A DNA stretch of 64,000 bases from Longimicrobiales bacterium (GTDB taxonomy: Bacteria > Gemmatimonadota > Gemmatimonadetes > Longimicrobiales > Gaopeijiaceae). Under the pieces are notes generated by a model. The model did not search any database. It had not been told where the DNA came from and saw nothing but the letters and a program-made list of their open reading frames with translations. The stretch spans positions 96,001 through 160,000 of the forward strand of contig OZ241869.1 in NCBI GenBank assembly GCA_965202805.1, written 5' to 3'. The position numbers and the translations under genes are program-made. Shown here in pieces: positions 26,687 through 37,129 of this stretch (position 1 is the stretch's first letter; the number at the start of each line of letters is the position of its first letter).

Positions 26687-28954
26687 CTACGGAGGGGACA
26701 GGACCACGCGCGCGTCGGCCGGGACGGCGCGGTCGCCGTACGCAAACAGGGGATTGACCTCGACCTCGGCGACATCGCTCCAGGTCAGGACGCAGCCCGC
26801 CACGGCCTCGGCTGCCTGGATGATGCCGGCGAGGTCGACGGGAGGACGGCCCCGGCTTCCGGCGAGCAGGGGGCTGGTCCGCAGTTCCCCGATCATCATC
26901 TCGATGTCGCTTGGCCGTACGGGAAGCACCCGGTGGGCGACGTCGCGCAGCACCTCCACGTCGGTACCCCCGCTACCCAGGGTCAGCATGGGGCCGAGCT
27001 GGGGGTCTCGGTATGCGCCGATGAGCAGTTCGGCCCCGGGTGTGGGGAGCATGGGGGTGACCAGTACGGACCAGGCTTCCGCGGAAAGGCCTTCGGCGCG
27101 GGCGTAGGCATGGGCATTTGAGACGATGGCCTCGAAGGCGCGGGCGGCGGCGGCGCCGTCCGCCACGTCGAGCACCACCCCGCCGGCGTCCGACTTGTGG
27201 GTGATTCGCCGGGAGAGCAGCTTGACCGCCACCGGACACCCGAGGCGCTCGGCCGCCCGGGCCGCCGCGCCTCCCGAGTCGGCGACCTCGGCGGCCGGGA
27301 ACACCAGTCCGGCCGCCTCCAGCAGGGCGCGCGCCTCCAGTTCGGTCAGGGTGACCCGTCCTTCCGCCCGGGCCGCGCGGATCGCGGGATGAGGCAGGGG
27401 GGTGGCGGCCGGTTCGGGCGGCAGGGCGCCGATCCCGGAGGTGGCTGGCGGCGGATCAGGCTGCGGGTCGGGCGGGATCGAGCCCGCCCGGGAGCCGGTC
27501 CGCGGCGCACCGGGCTGCGGGTCGGACCCGGGAGGAAGCTCGTCGGGATTCCAGCGGGATGCGCGCCCCCGTCGCGACCGGCGCTCTAGTTCGATCGTGG
27601 CGCGGCATGCCGCTTCGAGCGACTCGATGACGGGGATGCCGGCCTCGACGAAGGCTTCCAGGGGCGGACTCTCGTGGCTCGCGTACATGGAGTGTACCAC
27701 CATGCCCTTCCCGAGGGCGCGCATCCTGGCCGCCATCGCCCGGGCGGCCGCGGTCTCGGGAGCGGTCAGGGTGTCGGAGAAGCGGATGCCGTAGCCGCCG
27801 AAGAGCCCCACCACCAGGACGATCCCGACCGCCGGGTCGGGCGCCAGCACGTCCAGGGCGCGCGCGAACGCACCCGGGTCGGCGTCCGCCGCCCCCGCCA
27901 CGTCCACCGGGTTGGCGACCGCGGCGGCCGGGCCCAGCACCTCCCTCAACCGGTCGCGGGTGTCGCGCGCAAGGGTTGCCAGCCGCGCCCCCGACTCGAC
28001 GATCGTGTCCACGGCCAGGGTGTTCTGCCCGCCGCCGTCCGAGAGGATGGCGATCCCGCTGCCGGCAGCCGCGGCGGGCTGCGACGTCAGCGCATGCGCG
28101 ACCGCGACCAGCTGGTCGGTACGGCGCACCTCGGTCACCCCGGCCTGCGCCAGCCCCGCCCGCAGGCGGTCGTACGGCCCCGCGACCGCCCCGGTGTGCG
28201 ACAGGGCCGCCCGGGCCCCCACGGCCGTCCGCCCCGACTTGATCGCCACCACCGGCTTGCGGGGCGTGACCCGGGCGGCGGCCCGCAGGAACGCGCGCGC
28301 GTCCGTGAAGCCCTCCACATGCGCGATCACCGCCCTCGTGTGCTCGTCTTCACCCAGGTACTCGAGCACCTCGCCGAACCCGACGTCCACCTGGTTGCCG
28401 AGCCCGCAGCACACGGAAACCCCCTCCCGCGTGCGCGCGCCGATCTCGTTCATGAGCCCGAGCGCGATGTTGCCCGACTGCACCAGCAGCGCGATGCCCC
28501 CCGGCCGCACGCCGCGCACGCCGATGAGGTTCACTGCCTTGTGCAGGTTCATCATTCCGGAGGTATTCGGGCCGATCACGCGGACGCCGTGCGCGCGCGC
28601 CGCCTCGCCCAGACGGGCCTCCAGCTCGGTCCCCCGGCTTCCCGATTCGCCGAATCCCACCGCGAGCACCACCACCCCGCCCACGCCCCGCTCCCCACAG
28701 GCGCGCACCAGGTCGGGCGCCATCTCCGCGGGGGTGCACAGGACGGCCAGATCCACACCGGCCGGCAGCGCCTCCAGGGATGTGAGCAGGACGTGTCCCA
28801 GGAGACGTCCGCCGCGCGGGTTCACCGCGTAGACCGGGCCCGCATAGCCCGACCTGGCCAGCCCGCGCAGGATCTGGTAGCCCCGCTTCGTCGGATTGGC
28901 GCTGGCCCCCACCACAGCGATCGAGGCCGGCTCGAAGATGCGCCGAAGGGTCAT
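26687..28954 (-). CDS. ADP-forming acyl-CoA ligase (fused CoA-binding and ATP-grasp domains)
   Basis: IAVVGAS, GPNT, QSG, phospho-His in SHTG, HKSDAGGV, EVNPL. Confidence 0.9.
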   Translation of the reverse strand: MTLRRIFEPASIAVVGASANPTKRGYQILRGLARSGYAGPVYAVNPRGGRLLGHVLLTSLEALPAGVDLAVLCTPAEMAPDLVRACGERGVGGVVVLAVGFGESGSRGTELEARLGEAARAHGVRVIGPNTSGMMNLHKAVNLIGVRGVRPGGIALLVQSGNIALGLMNEIGARTREGVSVCCGLGNQVDVGFGEVLEYLGEDEHTRAVIAHVEGFTDARAFLRAAARVTPRKPVVAIKSGRTAVGARAALSHTGAVAGPYDRLRAGLAQAGVTEVRRTDQLVAVAHALTSQPAAAAGSGIAILSDGGGQNTLAVDTIVESGARLATLARDTRDRLREVLGPAAAVANPVDVAGAADADPGAFARALDVLAPDPAVGIVLVVGLFGGYGIRFSDTLTAPETAAARAMAARMRALGKGMVVHSMYASHESPPLEAFVEAGIPVIESLEAACRATIELERRSRRGRASRWNPDELPPGSDPQPGAPRTGSRAGSIPPDPQPDPPPATSGIGALPPEPAATPLPHPAIRAARAEGRVTLTELEARALLEAAGLVFPAAEVADSGGAAARAAERLGCPVAVKLLSRRITHKSDAGGVVLDVADGAAAARAFEAIVSNAHAYARAEGLSAEAWSVLVTPMLPTPGAELLIGAYRDPQLGPMLTLGSGGTDVEVLRDVAHRVLPVRPSDIEMMIGELRTSPLLAGSRGRPPVDLAGIIQAAEAVAGCVLTWSDVAEVEVNPLFAYGDRAVPADARVVLSPP

Positions 28955-29017
28955 CTCACAACCCCTGGAGGGATGATCCGCACGATGCTGCTCGCCGCCC
29001 GGCCGGTTACCACCCCA

Positions 29018-29815
29018 CTACCGGCCCCGATAGTCGGGAGCCCGGCCCTCCCGAAACGCAGCCACCCCTTCGGCCCAGTCATCCGTTCGGAAGATCTTCT
29101 CCAGCGCGGCTCGCTCCCGCTCCAGCGCCTGCTTGCGCGACAGGTTGCCGGCAGGCCCGATGAGCCGCTTCGCCTCCGCGAGCGGAATCGGAGCACGACG
29201 CGCCAGGCGGGCCGCCAGTTCCCGGGCCGCGGGCAGCACCTCGTCCGCGGGCAGCGCCCGGTTGACCAGCCCCATGCGGGCCGCCTCCGCCCCCGGGAAG
29301 AAGTCGCCCAGGTATACGAGTTCGCGGGCCTTGAGAACCCCGACCCGCTCGGCCAGGGTGTAGACCACGCCGCCTCCCAGGAAGGTGCCGAGCGCGATCT
29401 CGGGCAGCCTGAGCTTCGCGTCCTCCGCGACGATGGCGAAGTCCGCCGACAATGCCAGCTCGAGCCCCGCTCCGATGGCGTGACCGTTGACCGCCGCCAC
29501 CACCGGCGTACCCATCGTCTGAACCAGATGGTTGGCGCGCTGGGCGGTTCGCACATAGCGAGCCCGCTCCTCCTCCGTCATCGGCTGTTCGGCGTGCGCC
29601 TTCAGGTCCGCGCCGGCACAGAACGCCCGCCCGCTTCCGGTCACGATGACGCAGCGAGTGCCGCTGTCCGCTTCCGCAGCTTCCAGTTCCGCGACCAGCT
29701 TCTCGTAGAGCGGCAGGTTGACCGCATTCAGCCGGTGCGGACGATTAAGCGTGAGGGTCGCCAGCGCGCCTTCGCGCGATGCGAGCACCTCGCGTCCCTC
29801 GGGCTCAACAGCCAC
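29018..29815 (-). CDS. Enoyl-CoA hydratase/isomerase
   Basis: LNRPHRLNA, AFCAGADL, VNGHAIGAGLELAL, LPE. Confidence 0.92.
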   Translation of the reverse strand: MAVEPEGREVLASREGALATLTLNRPHRLNAVNLPLYEKLVAELEAAEADSGTRCVIVTGSGRAFCAGADLKAHAEQPMTEEERARYVRTAQRANHLVQTMGTPVVAAVNGHAIGAGLELALSADFAIVAEDAKLRLPEIALGTFLGGGVVYTLAERVGVLKARELVYLGDFFPGAEAARMGLVNRALPADEVLPAARELAARLARRAPIPLAEAKRLIGPAGNLSRKQALERERAALEKIFRTDDWAEGVAAFREGRAPDYRGR

Positions 29816-29875
29816 GATGCCGACTCCGCTTGCGTCCGCGACAAAAGACCGTTCGCGCAGATTCTCGCATGCTCA

Positions 29876-31561
29876 TCACGGTGCCCGTGCCTCCCCGGAA
29901 CCCTCCCCCTGGAAAGCCGCCCCGCCGCGCACCAGAGCGCGTCCCGCCAACGCCATCGTCGCCTCCCCGTCCCGGATGGCGAACGCTCCGTTCACCAGCA
30001 CGTGCACGGTCCCCTCCGAGTACTGGTGCGGATTCTCGTACGTGGCCATGTCCCGCACCGCGTCCAGCCGCAGCACGGTGATGTCGGCGAAGTATCCCTC
30101 GCGCAGGTACCCCCGTTCAGGCCACTCCAGGAAGTCGGCTGCGAGCCCGGTCATCGAACGCACCGCGTGCGGCAGGGTGATGAGGCCCTCGTCGAGCACG
30201 AGTTCGCGGATCTTCTTCGAGAACGACCCGAAGGCGCGGGGGTGGGTGATCGGCCGGGTGGGTCCCGGGTCGCGCCCGTCGGTGCAGGTCATCATCCAGT
30301 CGAGCTGCGCCAGGTAGCGCACGTTCTCGATGTCGTAGAGGCCGAGGTTCATCACCGCGGCGTTCCCCTCGCGCAGGATGTGGCGGGCCGCGGCGGAAGG
30401 CTGCATGCTCAGTTCGTCGGCCACCTCCCGGAGCGTCCGGCCGTTCAGTTCGGCCCGCCGGTCGGCGAACAGAAGGCGATCGGCCCCGCCCCGGATGGTG
30501 AGCATTTCGAGCGTCTGACGGTCGATCACCTGGACCGTGTCGGGGTCGTCGAAGCGCCGCAGCATCGCCGTGTCGCCCCCCGCCACAAACCAGCTCGGAA
30601 TCGTATACGAGCGCAGGTTGGACTGGGTCGCGGTGTAGGAGTGATGCGCGCCGGCGACCTGGACCCCGCGCGCCCGCGCCGCCTCGATCAGCGCCGCTCC
30701 CTCCGGGGCCCGGCCGTAGTTGTGGGCCCCCTGGGCGTTGAAATGGCTGAAAATGACCTTGGTCCCCGCCTCTTCGCCGATGCGGATGCCCTCCTCGATC
30801 GACTTCAGGTAGCCGAACGACGGATACGCGGCGCCGAGATCACGGTCGTGGGTGTCGTAGATCGCCCCCGGGTACTCGGCGGCGACCCGGTTCAGCTCGA
30901 TCACCTCTTCGGTCTCCGCGTAGTTGCCGGGCAGGTAGAAGAGCCCGGAGGAGAGGCCGTATGCGCCTTCCTCCATGCCCTTGCGCACCAGGGCGCGCAT
31001 CTCGTCCAGCTCGGCCTCGGTGGGCGCGCGGTCCGCCATCCCCAGCACCTGGCGCCGCACCCAGTTGTGGCCCACGGAGAGGAAGGCGTTCACGCCGATG
31101 CCGTCCGAGGCCCACTGGGCCAGCCGGTCCGCCACATGGGCCGAGCCGCCCCCGTCGAGCCCGAGCGCGACGGTCGTGATGCCCTGGAAGAGGAACGCGC
31201 GCGCATCCCGCCCGTGATCGGCGCCGAGTTCGGCGTGCGAGTGCATGTCGATGAAGCCGGGGGCGACCACCAGCCCGCGCGCGTCGATCGTGTCCAGCGC
31301 CGTGATCCCCGCGCTCGCGGCATCCCCCAGGAAGCGGATGCGGTCACCGGCCACGGCGATGTCGGCCGTCATCGCCTCGCCCCCCGAACCGTCCAGCACC
31401 GAGCCGCCGAGGATGAGGGTGTCGGCCGGGTCCCCGCCCGCCCTGCAGGCTGCGAGCGGGAGCGCAAGAAGGGGCACGCACCGGATCGCGCGGATCCAGG
31501 GGATGGACCGCACGGTCTGCAGGGAAGGGCCGGGCCCGACGGCGCACACCATCATCGGCAT
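29876..31561 (-). CDS. N-acyl-D-amino-acid deacylase (amidohydrolase)
   Basis: VVAPGFIDMHSH, SSGLFYLPG, HPRAFGSF; start uncertain. Confidence 0.88.
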   Translation of the reverse strand: MPMMVCAVGPGPSLQTVRSIPWIRAIRCVPLLALPLAACRAGGDPADTLILGGSVLDGSGGEAMTADIAVAGDRIRFLGDAASAGITALDTIDARGLVVAPGFIDMHSHAELGADHGRDARAFLFQGITTVALGLDGGGSAHVADRLAQWASDGIGVNAFLSVGHNWVRRQVLGMADRAPTEAELDEMRALVRKGMEEGAYGLSSGLFYLPGNYAETEEVIELNRVAAEYPGAIYDTHDRDLGAAYPSFGYLKSIEEGIRIGEEAGTKVIFSHFNAQGAHNYGRAPEGAALIEAARARGVQVAGAHHSYTATQSNLRSYTIPSWFVAGGDTAMLRRFDDPDTVQVIDRQTLEMLTIRGGADRLLFADRRAELNGRTLREVADELSMQPSAAARHILREGNAAVMNLGLYDIENVRYLAQLDWMMTCTDGRDPGPTRPITHPRAFGSFSKKIRELVLDEGLITLPHAVRSMTGLAADFLEWPERGYLREGYFADITVLRLDAVRDMATYENPHQYSEGTVHVLVNGAFAIRDGEATMALAGRALVRGGAAFQGEGSGEARAP

Positions 31562-31782
31562 CTTCTCCAGAGCGAGAGTCCCGTTTCGTCGGTGTCCCGC
31601 CCGGGCCGCCGGTTGTGTTCCGCGAATTCGAGCGATCTGCGAGGCGGACGACCGGGACCGGGATCGGGCGGTTCGGTTGATATACGAGCGACCAATCGAT
31701 TAGGCTAGGCCTTCCGACGGCTGGCCCGTCCGCCACGACCGGCAGCCGTCCATCCGCGCAACCCGACTACAGCGAGGCGCGC

Positions 31783-32925
31783 TTGGAATTCCTTGGTTTC
31801 AGCTTCATCGACGTCGGCGAACTGTGGCGGAGGGTGCTCGACTACGCGGCCCTGCGCTGGACACCGAGTCTGCTCGCGCTCCTGCTCGCCACGGTCGGCT
31901 ATTTTGTCGTCCGGGGGATCCTGGGCCGCGCGAAGAAGCGCTGGGTGCAGCGCACCGACACCCGGCTGGACGACTACCTGGTCGAGTTCCTGCTCCGCGC
32001 CGGGCTGTTCTCGATCATCGCCTGGGCCGTGTGGCGCCTCGTCATCATCTGGTCGATTCCGAATCAGGCCGGAACGGCGCCGCTGGTCGCCAACTGGGTT
32101 CTGGCCATCTGGGTCGGGCTCCTCTTCCTCCCGCTCAGCCGCTTCATCGGCGACGTGCTCGACCTGGTCGAGGGCCGGGTCGTCGCCCGGGGCGAAACGA
32201 CGCTCGACGAGACCGCGTTTCCCCTCATCAACCGGACCGTCCGCTTCATCGTCCTGGCGCTCGGAGTCGTGCTGGCTCTGGATCTGCTGGGCCTCAACAT
32301 CGCTCCGCTGCTGGCCGGCGCCGGCGTCATGGGCCTCGCGCTCTCGCTGGCCGCCAAGGACACGCTGTCGAACCTGATCGCGGGCGTTCTCCTCATCATG
32401 GACCGGCCCTTCAAGGTCGGAGACCGCATCGAGCTCTGGACCGCGCCCAACGAGACCGGCACCTGGGGCGACGTCATCGAGATCGGCCTGCGCGCCACCA
32501 AGATCCGCAATCCGGACAACCTCGTGATCATCGTGCCCAACAGCCTGATCATGGTGCGCGACATCGTCAACTACACCATGTCCGGTCAGGATATTCGCCT
32601 GCGCATCCCGTTCTCCGTGGCCTACGAGTCCGACATCGACCGCGCCAAGGTGCTGCTGATCGAGGCCGCGAAGCAGGTGCGGGGGGTGAAGCTCGATCCC
32701 GAGCCCCTGGTCATCGTGCGCGGCTTCGGGCCCTCCGACATCCAGATCCAGCTGCGCGTGTGGATCGTCGAAGCCCGCAACCGCCGCCGGATCGCGGACG
32801 AAATCACGGGCAGGGCGCTCAACGCCTTCGCCGAAGCAGGCGTGGAGATCCCCTATCCGAAGCGGGAGCTGATCATCCACGGGGATGCGGGGCCGGCGCC
32901 GCCGGAGCTGCCGCGACCGGGGTGA
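31783..32925 (+). CDS. MscS family mechanosensitive channel
   Basis: LAAKDTLSNLIAG, DRPFKVGDRI, IGLRATKIR, GVEIPYP. Confidence 0.92.
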   Translation: MEFLGFSFIDVGELWRRVLDYAALRWTPSLLALLLATVGYFVVRGILGRAKKRWVQRTDTRLDDYLVEFLLRAGLFSIIAWAVWRLVIIWSIPNQAGTAPLVANWVLAIWVGLLFLPLSRFIGDVLDLVEGRVVARGETTLDETAFPLINRTVRFIVLALGVVLALDLLGLNIAPLLAGAGVMGLALSLAAKDTLSNLIAGVLLIMDRPFKVGDRIELWTAPNETGTWGDVIEIGLRATKIRNPDNLVIIVPNSLIMVRDIVNYTMSGQDIRLRIPFSVAYESDIDRAKVLLIEAAKQVRGVKLDPEPLVIVRGFGPSDIQIQLRVWIVEARNRRRIADEITGRALNAFAEAGVEIPYPKRELIIHGDAGPAPPELPRPG

Positions 32926-33036
32926 TGTAACTGACTGAGCAAGTAGCCGAGATGAGTTACCTGGAATGACGAACTACTCGACGCAAAGAGTGTTTTTCCG
33001 CAGCGAACAGAGTAAACGGAAGTGGAGGAGGATCTG

Positions 33037-35094
33037 ATGAGACGTTCACGCACCGTCAACCGGGTGGCCGCCGCCGTCACCTTCGCCGCGGCAGGATTCG
33101 CTGCTCTCGTCTCCGCGGCACCGTCCGCCGCCCAGGAGCGCCTCTCGCTCACCCACTACCTGGACATGGAGAGCGTGTCGGATCCGCGCATCTCCCCGGA
33201 CGGCGAGCGCATCGTCTACACGAGAGGCTGGGTCGACAAGCAGGCCGACCGGCGCGAGTCGTCGCTCTGGATCATGAACGCCGACGGCTCCCGCGCCCGT
33301 CACCTCATCGACGGCAGCGGGGCCCGCTGGTCGCCCGAAGGAACGCGCATCCTCTTCACCGCGCGCGGCGAGCCCAGCGGCTCCCAGCTCTTCGTCCGCT
33401 GGATGGACGACGAGGGGGCGACCAGCCAGATCACGCGCCTGGAGAACGGGCCTTCCGGGGCGCGCTGGTCACCGAACGGGGAGTGGATCGCCTTCACCAG
33501 CCGGGTTCCCGACCGGGCCGATTTCGCGGGCGTGCAGCTTCCGCGCCGCCCCGACGGCGCCGAGTGGGTGCGCGAGCCCAAGGTGGTGGAACGGGCCGGC
33601 TACAGGCGCGACCGCCAGGGATACGTCGACACCGGCTGGACCCACGTATTCGTGGTCCCCGCCGAGGGAGGCACCGCACGCCAACTGACCGACGGCGACT
33701 GGAACCACTCGGGCATCCAGTGGAGCCCCGACGGCGGCGAGATCTACTTCACCTCCTACCGGGCAGAGGACTGGGACCGTCCCGAGCACTGGCAGGAGTC
33801 GGAGATCTATGCGGTGTCGCTGGCGAGCGGAGACATCCGGCGCCTGACCGACAGGCGCGGCCCCGACGGCAGCCCGGTGCCTTCGCCCGACGGATCGCTC
33901 ATCGCCTACACCGGCATCGACGCCCACCGCGATACCTACCGCAACCAGAAGATCCACCTGATGAACAGGGACGGATCCGGCTCGCGCGTCATCTCCGGCG
34001 ACTACGACCGGCAGGTCGGGGGCATGATGTGGGCCCGCGACGGCAGCGGCCTCTACTTCAACGTGCGCCGCGACGGCTACGCCCAGCTTCACTTCGTCTC
34101 CGTGGAGGGCGGGGTGACGCAGCTCACCTCCGGAGAGCACCTCTTCGGCCTGTCGTCGTTCTCGGACGACGGCGTGGGCGTGGGGGTCATCTCGAGCGCG
34201 CATGCTCCGGGCGACGTCTACAGCTTCGACCTCGGCAGCCCGAACGACACCCGCCGCCTCACCGACGTGAACGCGGACGTGCTGGCGTACGTCGAGCTCG
34301 GTGAAGTGGAGGAGATCCGGTACGACTCGGAAGACGATTTCCGCATCCAGGGATGGATCGTGAAGCCACCCGACTTCGACCCGTCCCGCCTCTATCCGAT
34401 GATGCTCGTCATCCACGGCGGCCCGCACAGCATGTACAACGGCGGCTTCAACTTCGCCTTCCAGGAGCACGCCGCCAACGACTACGTGGTGCTCTACACC
34501 AACCCGCGCGGCAGCACCGGCTACGGCACCCGGTTCGCCAACGCCATCAACCACGACTATCCCGGGGCCGACTTCCCGGACCTGATGGCCGGGGTGGACG
34601 AGATGCTCGATCGGGGCTACGTGGACGAGGACAACCTGTTCGTGTACGGCTGCTCGGGCGGCGGCATCCTGACCAGCTACATCGTGGGCAACACCGACCG
34701 CTTCACGGCGGCGTCGGCCAACTGCCCCATCGTCAACTGGATGTCGGCGATGGGCACCTCGGACGCCATCAGCTACACGCGCACCTTCGAGAAGCCGTTC
34801 TGGGAGGATCCGGCGGAGTGGATCGACCGCTCATCCATCTTTTACGTGGGCAACGTGACCACGCCGACCATGCTCCTGACCGGGGAGATGGACCTGCGCA
34901 CCCCCATGGGCCAGACCGAGGAGTTCTACCAGGCGCTGCAGTACGTGGGCGTGCCCACCGTCATGATCCGCTTCCAGGAGGAGTGGCACGGAACCAGCTC
35001 GCGGCCCTCCAACTTCCTGCGCACGCAACTTTACCTGCGCAAGTGGTTCGAGAAGTGGGGGACGCACAAGGCGCCGGTTACGCAGGACGGGTAG
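33037..35094 (+). CDS. S9 family peptidase
   Basis: Propeller WSPD repeats, IHGGP, nucleophile GCSGG, Asp in DLRTP, His in EWHG. Confidence 0.92.
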   Translation: MRRSRTVNRVAAAVTFAAAGFAALVSAAPSAAQERLSLTHYLDMESVSDPRISPDGERIVYTRGWVDKQADRRESSLWIMNADGSRARHLIDGSGARWSPEGTRILFTARGEPSGSQLFVRWMDDEGATSQITRLENGPSGARWSPNGEWIAFTSRVPDRADFAGVQLPRRPDGAEWVREPKVVERAGYRRDRQGYVDTGWTHVFVVPAEGGTARQLTDGDWNHSGIQWSPDGGEIYFTSYRAEDWDRPEHWQESEIYAVSLASGDIRRLTDRRGPDGSPVPSPDGSLIAYTGIDAHRDTYRNQKIHLMNRDGSGSRVISGDYDRQVGGMMWARDGSGLYFNVRRDGYAQLHFVSVEGGVTQLTSGEHLFGLSSFSDDGVGVGVISSAHAPGDVYSFDLGSPNDTRRLTDVNADVLAYVELGEVEEIRYDSEDDFRIQGWIVKPPDFDPSRLYPMMLVIHGGPHSMYNGGFNFAFQEHAANDYVVLYTNPRGSTGYGTRFANAINHDYPGADFPDLMAGVDEMLDRGYVDEDNLFVYGCSGGGILTSYIVGNTDRFTAASANCPIVNWMSAMGTSDAISYTRTFEKPFWEDPAEWIDRSSIFYVGNVTTPTMLLTGEMDLRTPMGQTEEFYQALQYVGVPTVMIRFQEEWHGTSSRPSNFLRTQLYLRKWFEKWGTHKAPVTQDG

Positions 35095-35152
35095 GGCGAA
35101 AGGAGCTGGCGTCGCCCGACGGCGGCGCATCGTTCAGCGACGGTTTCCGGTT

Positions 35153-35641
35153 TCAGTCGCCCGGGGACTCGATCGTCAGGATCCGGATGACGCCGTTCTC
35201 GGCGCGCTCACCGTACAGTTCCGCGGCCGCCTCTCCCTTGATGACCTCGATGCTCTCGATGTCGTCCGGGTTCAGGGAGCTGAGCCCCGCGCTGCCCGCT
35301 TCGAGCTCGACGCCGTCGACGAAGATCAGCGGTGGGGCTCCGTCTCCGGGTGTGCCCCTGATTTGAACTCCTCCCGGATTGTCGGCCCCGTCCGCGTTGA
35401 CCGCGGCCTCCGGGGTCGCCAGCGCGTCGATAAGCGCATCGTCGATGGCGGTGGGCGCTTCGGTGTCGCAGGCCATGACCACCGCCGTCAGGGCCATGCC
35501 GGCCAGCGTCATCGCGCGCGGCGGGTTCCGATTCATCTTCCTGCCGCCCATGACTTTGAGTCTCCGTTCGAGAGCGTGTCCTGATTCGATGAGGGCGTCG
35601 GCCAACACTCGCGGCTTTCGCGATCCGACGCCGACGGTCAT
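35153..35641 (-). CDS. Free-standing paralog of the M56 protein C-terminus (TM/lipobox plus TonB-plug domain); small lipoprotein or gene fragment
   Basis: PLIFVDGV...[22 protein letters not shown]...NGVIRI; aligns with the 3' half of 35693-37129. Confidence 0.6.
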   Translation of the reverse strand: MTVGVGSRKPRVLADALIESGHALERRLKVMGGRKMNRNPPRAMTLAGMALTAVVMACDTEAPTAIDDALIDALATPEAAVNADGADNPGGVQIRGTPGDGAPPLIFVDGVELEAGSAGLSSLNPDDIESIEVIKGEAAAELYGERAENGVIRILTIESPGD

Positions 35642-35692
35642 ACGATAGCCTTCCCTGACCTTGCAGGCGATGCCGACTGGTTGGTAAGGAGG

Positions 35693-37129
35693 CTAAGGGA
35701 GGACGAGCGATAGCTCGTTTGTCGTCAAGACAAAGGCCGGGCTCCCCAACCGTACGTAGTAGGCGACTTCAATCGGCTTGTTCTGCCGGTTGCGGCTGGG
35801 GGAGGTCGCTGAAATCTGCTCCTCGCTGCCGCGGCCGGGCGACGGCGCGTCGTTCGCCGACGGCTCCTCGGGTTCAGACGCCTCGGACTCCTTCGTGAAG
35901 ATCTGGATGACTCCGTTCTCCGCGCCGTCACCGAACAGGCGGCGCGCGGCCTCTCCCTTGGTGACCTCGATCCGTTCGATGTGGTCGGGGTTCAGGGAAC
36001 TCAGTGGCGAGGAGGAACCGCCGCCGCCGGTCGTGACCGTGTATCTGCCGGCTCGGAGCGAGAGGTCCGAACCCGTCACCTCCAGACCGTTGATGAAGAT
36101 CAGCGGCCGAGACTCGATTCCAAGCTCGCTGCTCCTCAACCGCATCGCCTCGACCTGCTCGGCCCGGGCTTGCGGCGTGAGGGACCCGTCTGCGCCGGCC
36201 TCCGCCTCCGGGGTCGCCAGCACGTCGAGGAGCGCGTCGTCGAGAGCGGTGGGGGCGTTAGCATCACAGGCGGTCACCACCGCAGCCAGGGTCACACCGG
36301 CCAGCGTCACCGTGCGCAGCGGGTTCCACTTCATCTTCTTCGCAGCCATGACCTTGAGTCTCCGTTCGAGGGAATGTCGGGATTCGACGAGGGCGGGCAT
36401 CAACACCCAGCGCCGGTGCCGTCCCACCCCGATGGTGAGCAGCAGCCGACCGTAATCGTCCGCCGGGATTCCGGAGGCGATGACGCGCCGGTCGCAGTCG
36501 ATTTCGACGGCGCTGCGCAGGTTGCGGACCATCCACCAGACCGCCGGGCTCCAGGGGAAGAGGGCGGCGATGATTGCGCCGTAGAGGAGGGTCAGGTGGT
36601 CCCGGGCGCGCGCGTGCTCGCGCTCGTGCAGGATCGCGACGCGACCGGCCCGCTCACCCGCGCGGAAGAGCCAGCCGGGGATCACCACGGAGGGACGTGC
36701 CACGCCGATCAGCGCCGGCCCGAAGCCCTCCGAGACGTAGACGTCCTCGCCGTCCACCGACCGCCGGGACCAGCGTCGGCGCGACCGGGCCATGAGGCAC
36801 AGGATGGCGCCGAAGACGGTGAGCGTGGCGAGCGACGCGCCCCCCCAGGCGATCAGCGCCATGCGGTCGAACATCGGGCCGGAGGTCGACGCAACAGGGT
36901 CCTGCGCGGCGGCGACGACCTGCTCGACGGCCGGCGAGGCGGTCGTGGGCCCCTCCGGCATGGGCGCCGGTGGTCTCGCCAGGAGGGGGATCGCCACCGC
37001 CAGCGTGAGAGCGACCAACCAGGGGAAGCGTCGCGGCCATCCCATGGCTTCGCACAGGCGCTCGCCGGCCCAGGCTCCAGCCGCCAGCAGACCGCCGATC
37101 ACCGCCGCATATGCCATCCACGCGATCAT
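35693..37129 (-). CDS. BlaR1/M56 family peptidase with C-terminal TonB-plug-like domain
   Basis: HEREH, EIDCDRRV, LERRL; LNPDHIERIEVTKG. Confidence 0.88.
   Translation of the reverse strand: MIAWMAYAAVIGGLLAAGAWAGERLCEAMGWPRRFPWLVALTLAVAIPLLARPPAPMPEGPTTASPAVEQVVAAAQDPVASTSGPMFDRMALIAWGGASLATLTVFGAILCLMARSRRRWSRRSVDGEDVYVSEGFGPALIGVARPSVVIPGWLFRAGERAGRVAILHEREHARARDHLTLLYGAIIAALFPWSPAVWWMVRNLRSAVEIDCDRRVIASGIPADDYGRLLLTIGVGRHRRWVLMPALVESRHSLERRLKVMAAKKMKWNPLRTVTLAGVTLAAVVTACDANAPTALDDALLDVLATPEAEAGADGSLTPQARAEQVEAMRLRSSELGIESRPLIFINGLEVTGSDLSLRAGRYTVTTGGGGSSSPLSSLNPDHIERIEVTKGEAARRLFGDGAENGVIQIFTKESEASEPEEPSANDAPSPGRGSEEQISATSPSRNRQNKPIEVAYYVRLGSPAFVLTTNELSLVLP

Noticed and set aside
35153..35155. 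Second selenocysteine UGA
   Set aside because: It aligns to a non-Cys disordered tail of the paralog and is explained by a local frameshift.
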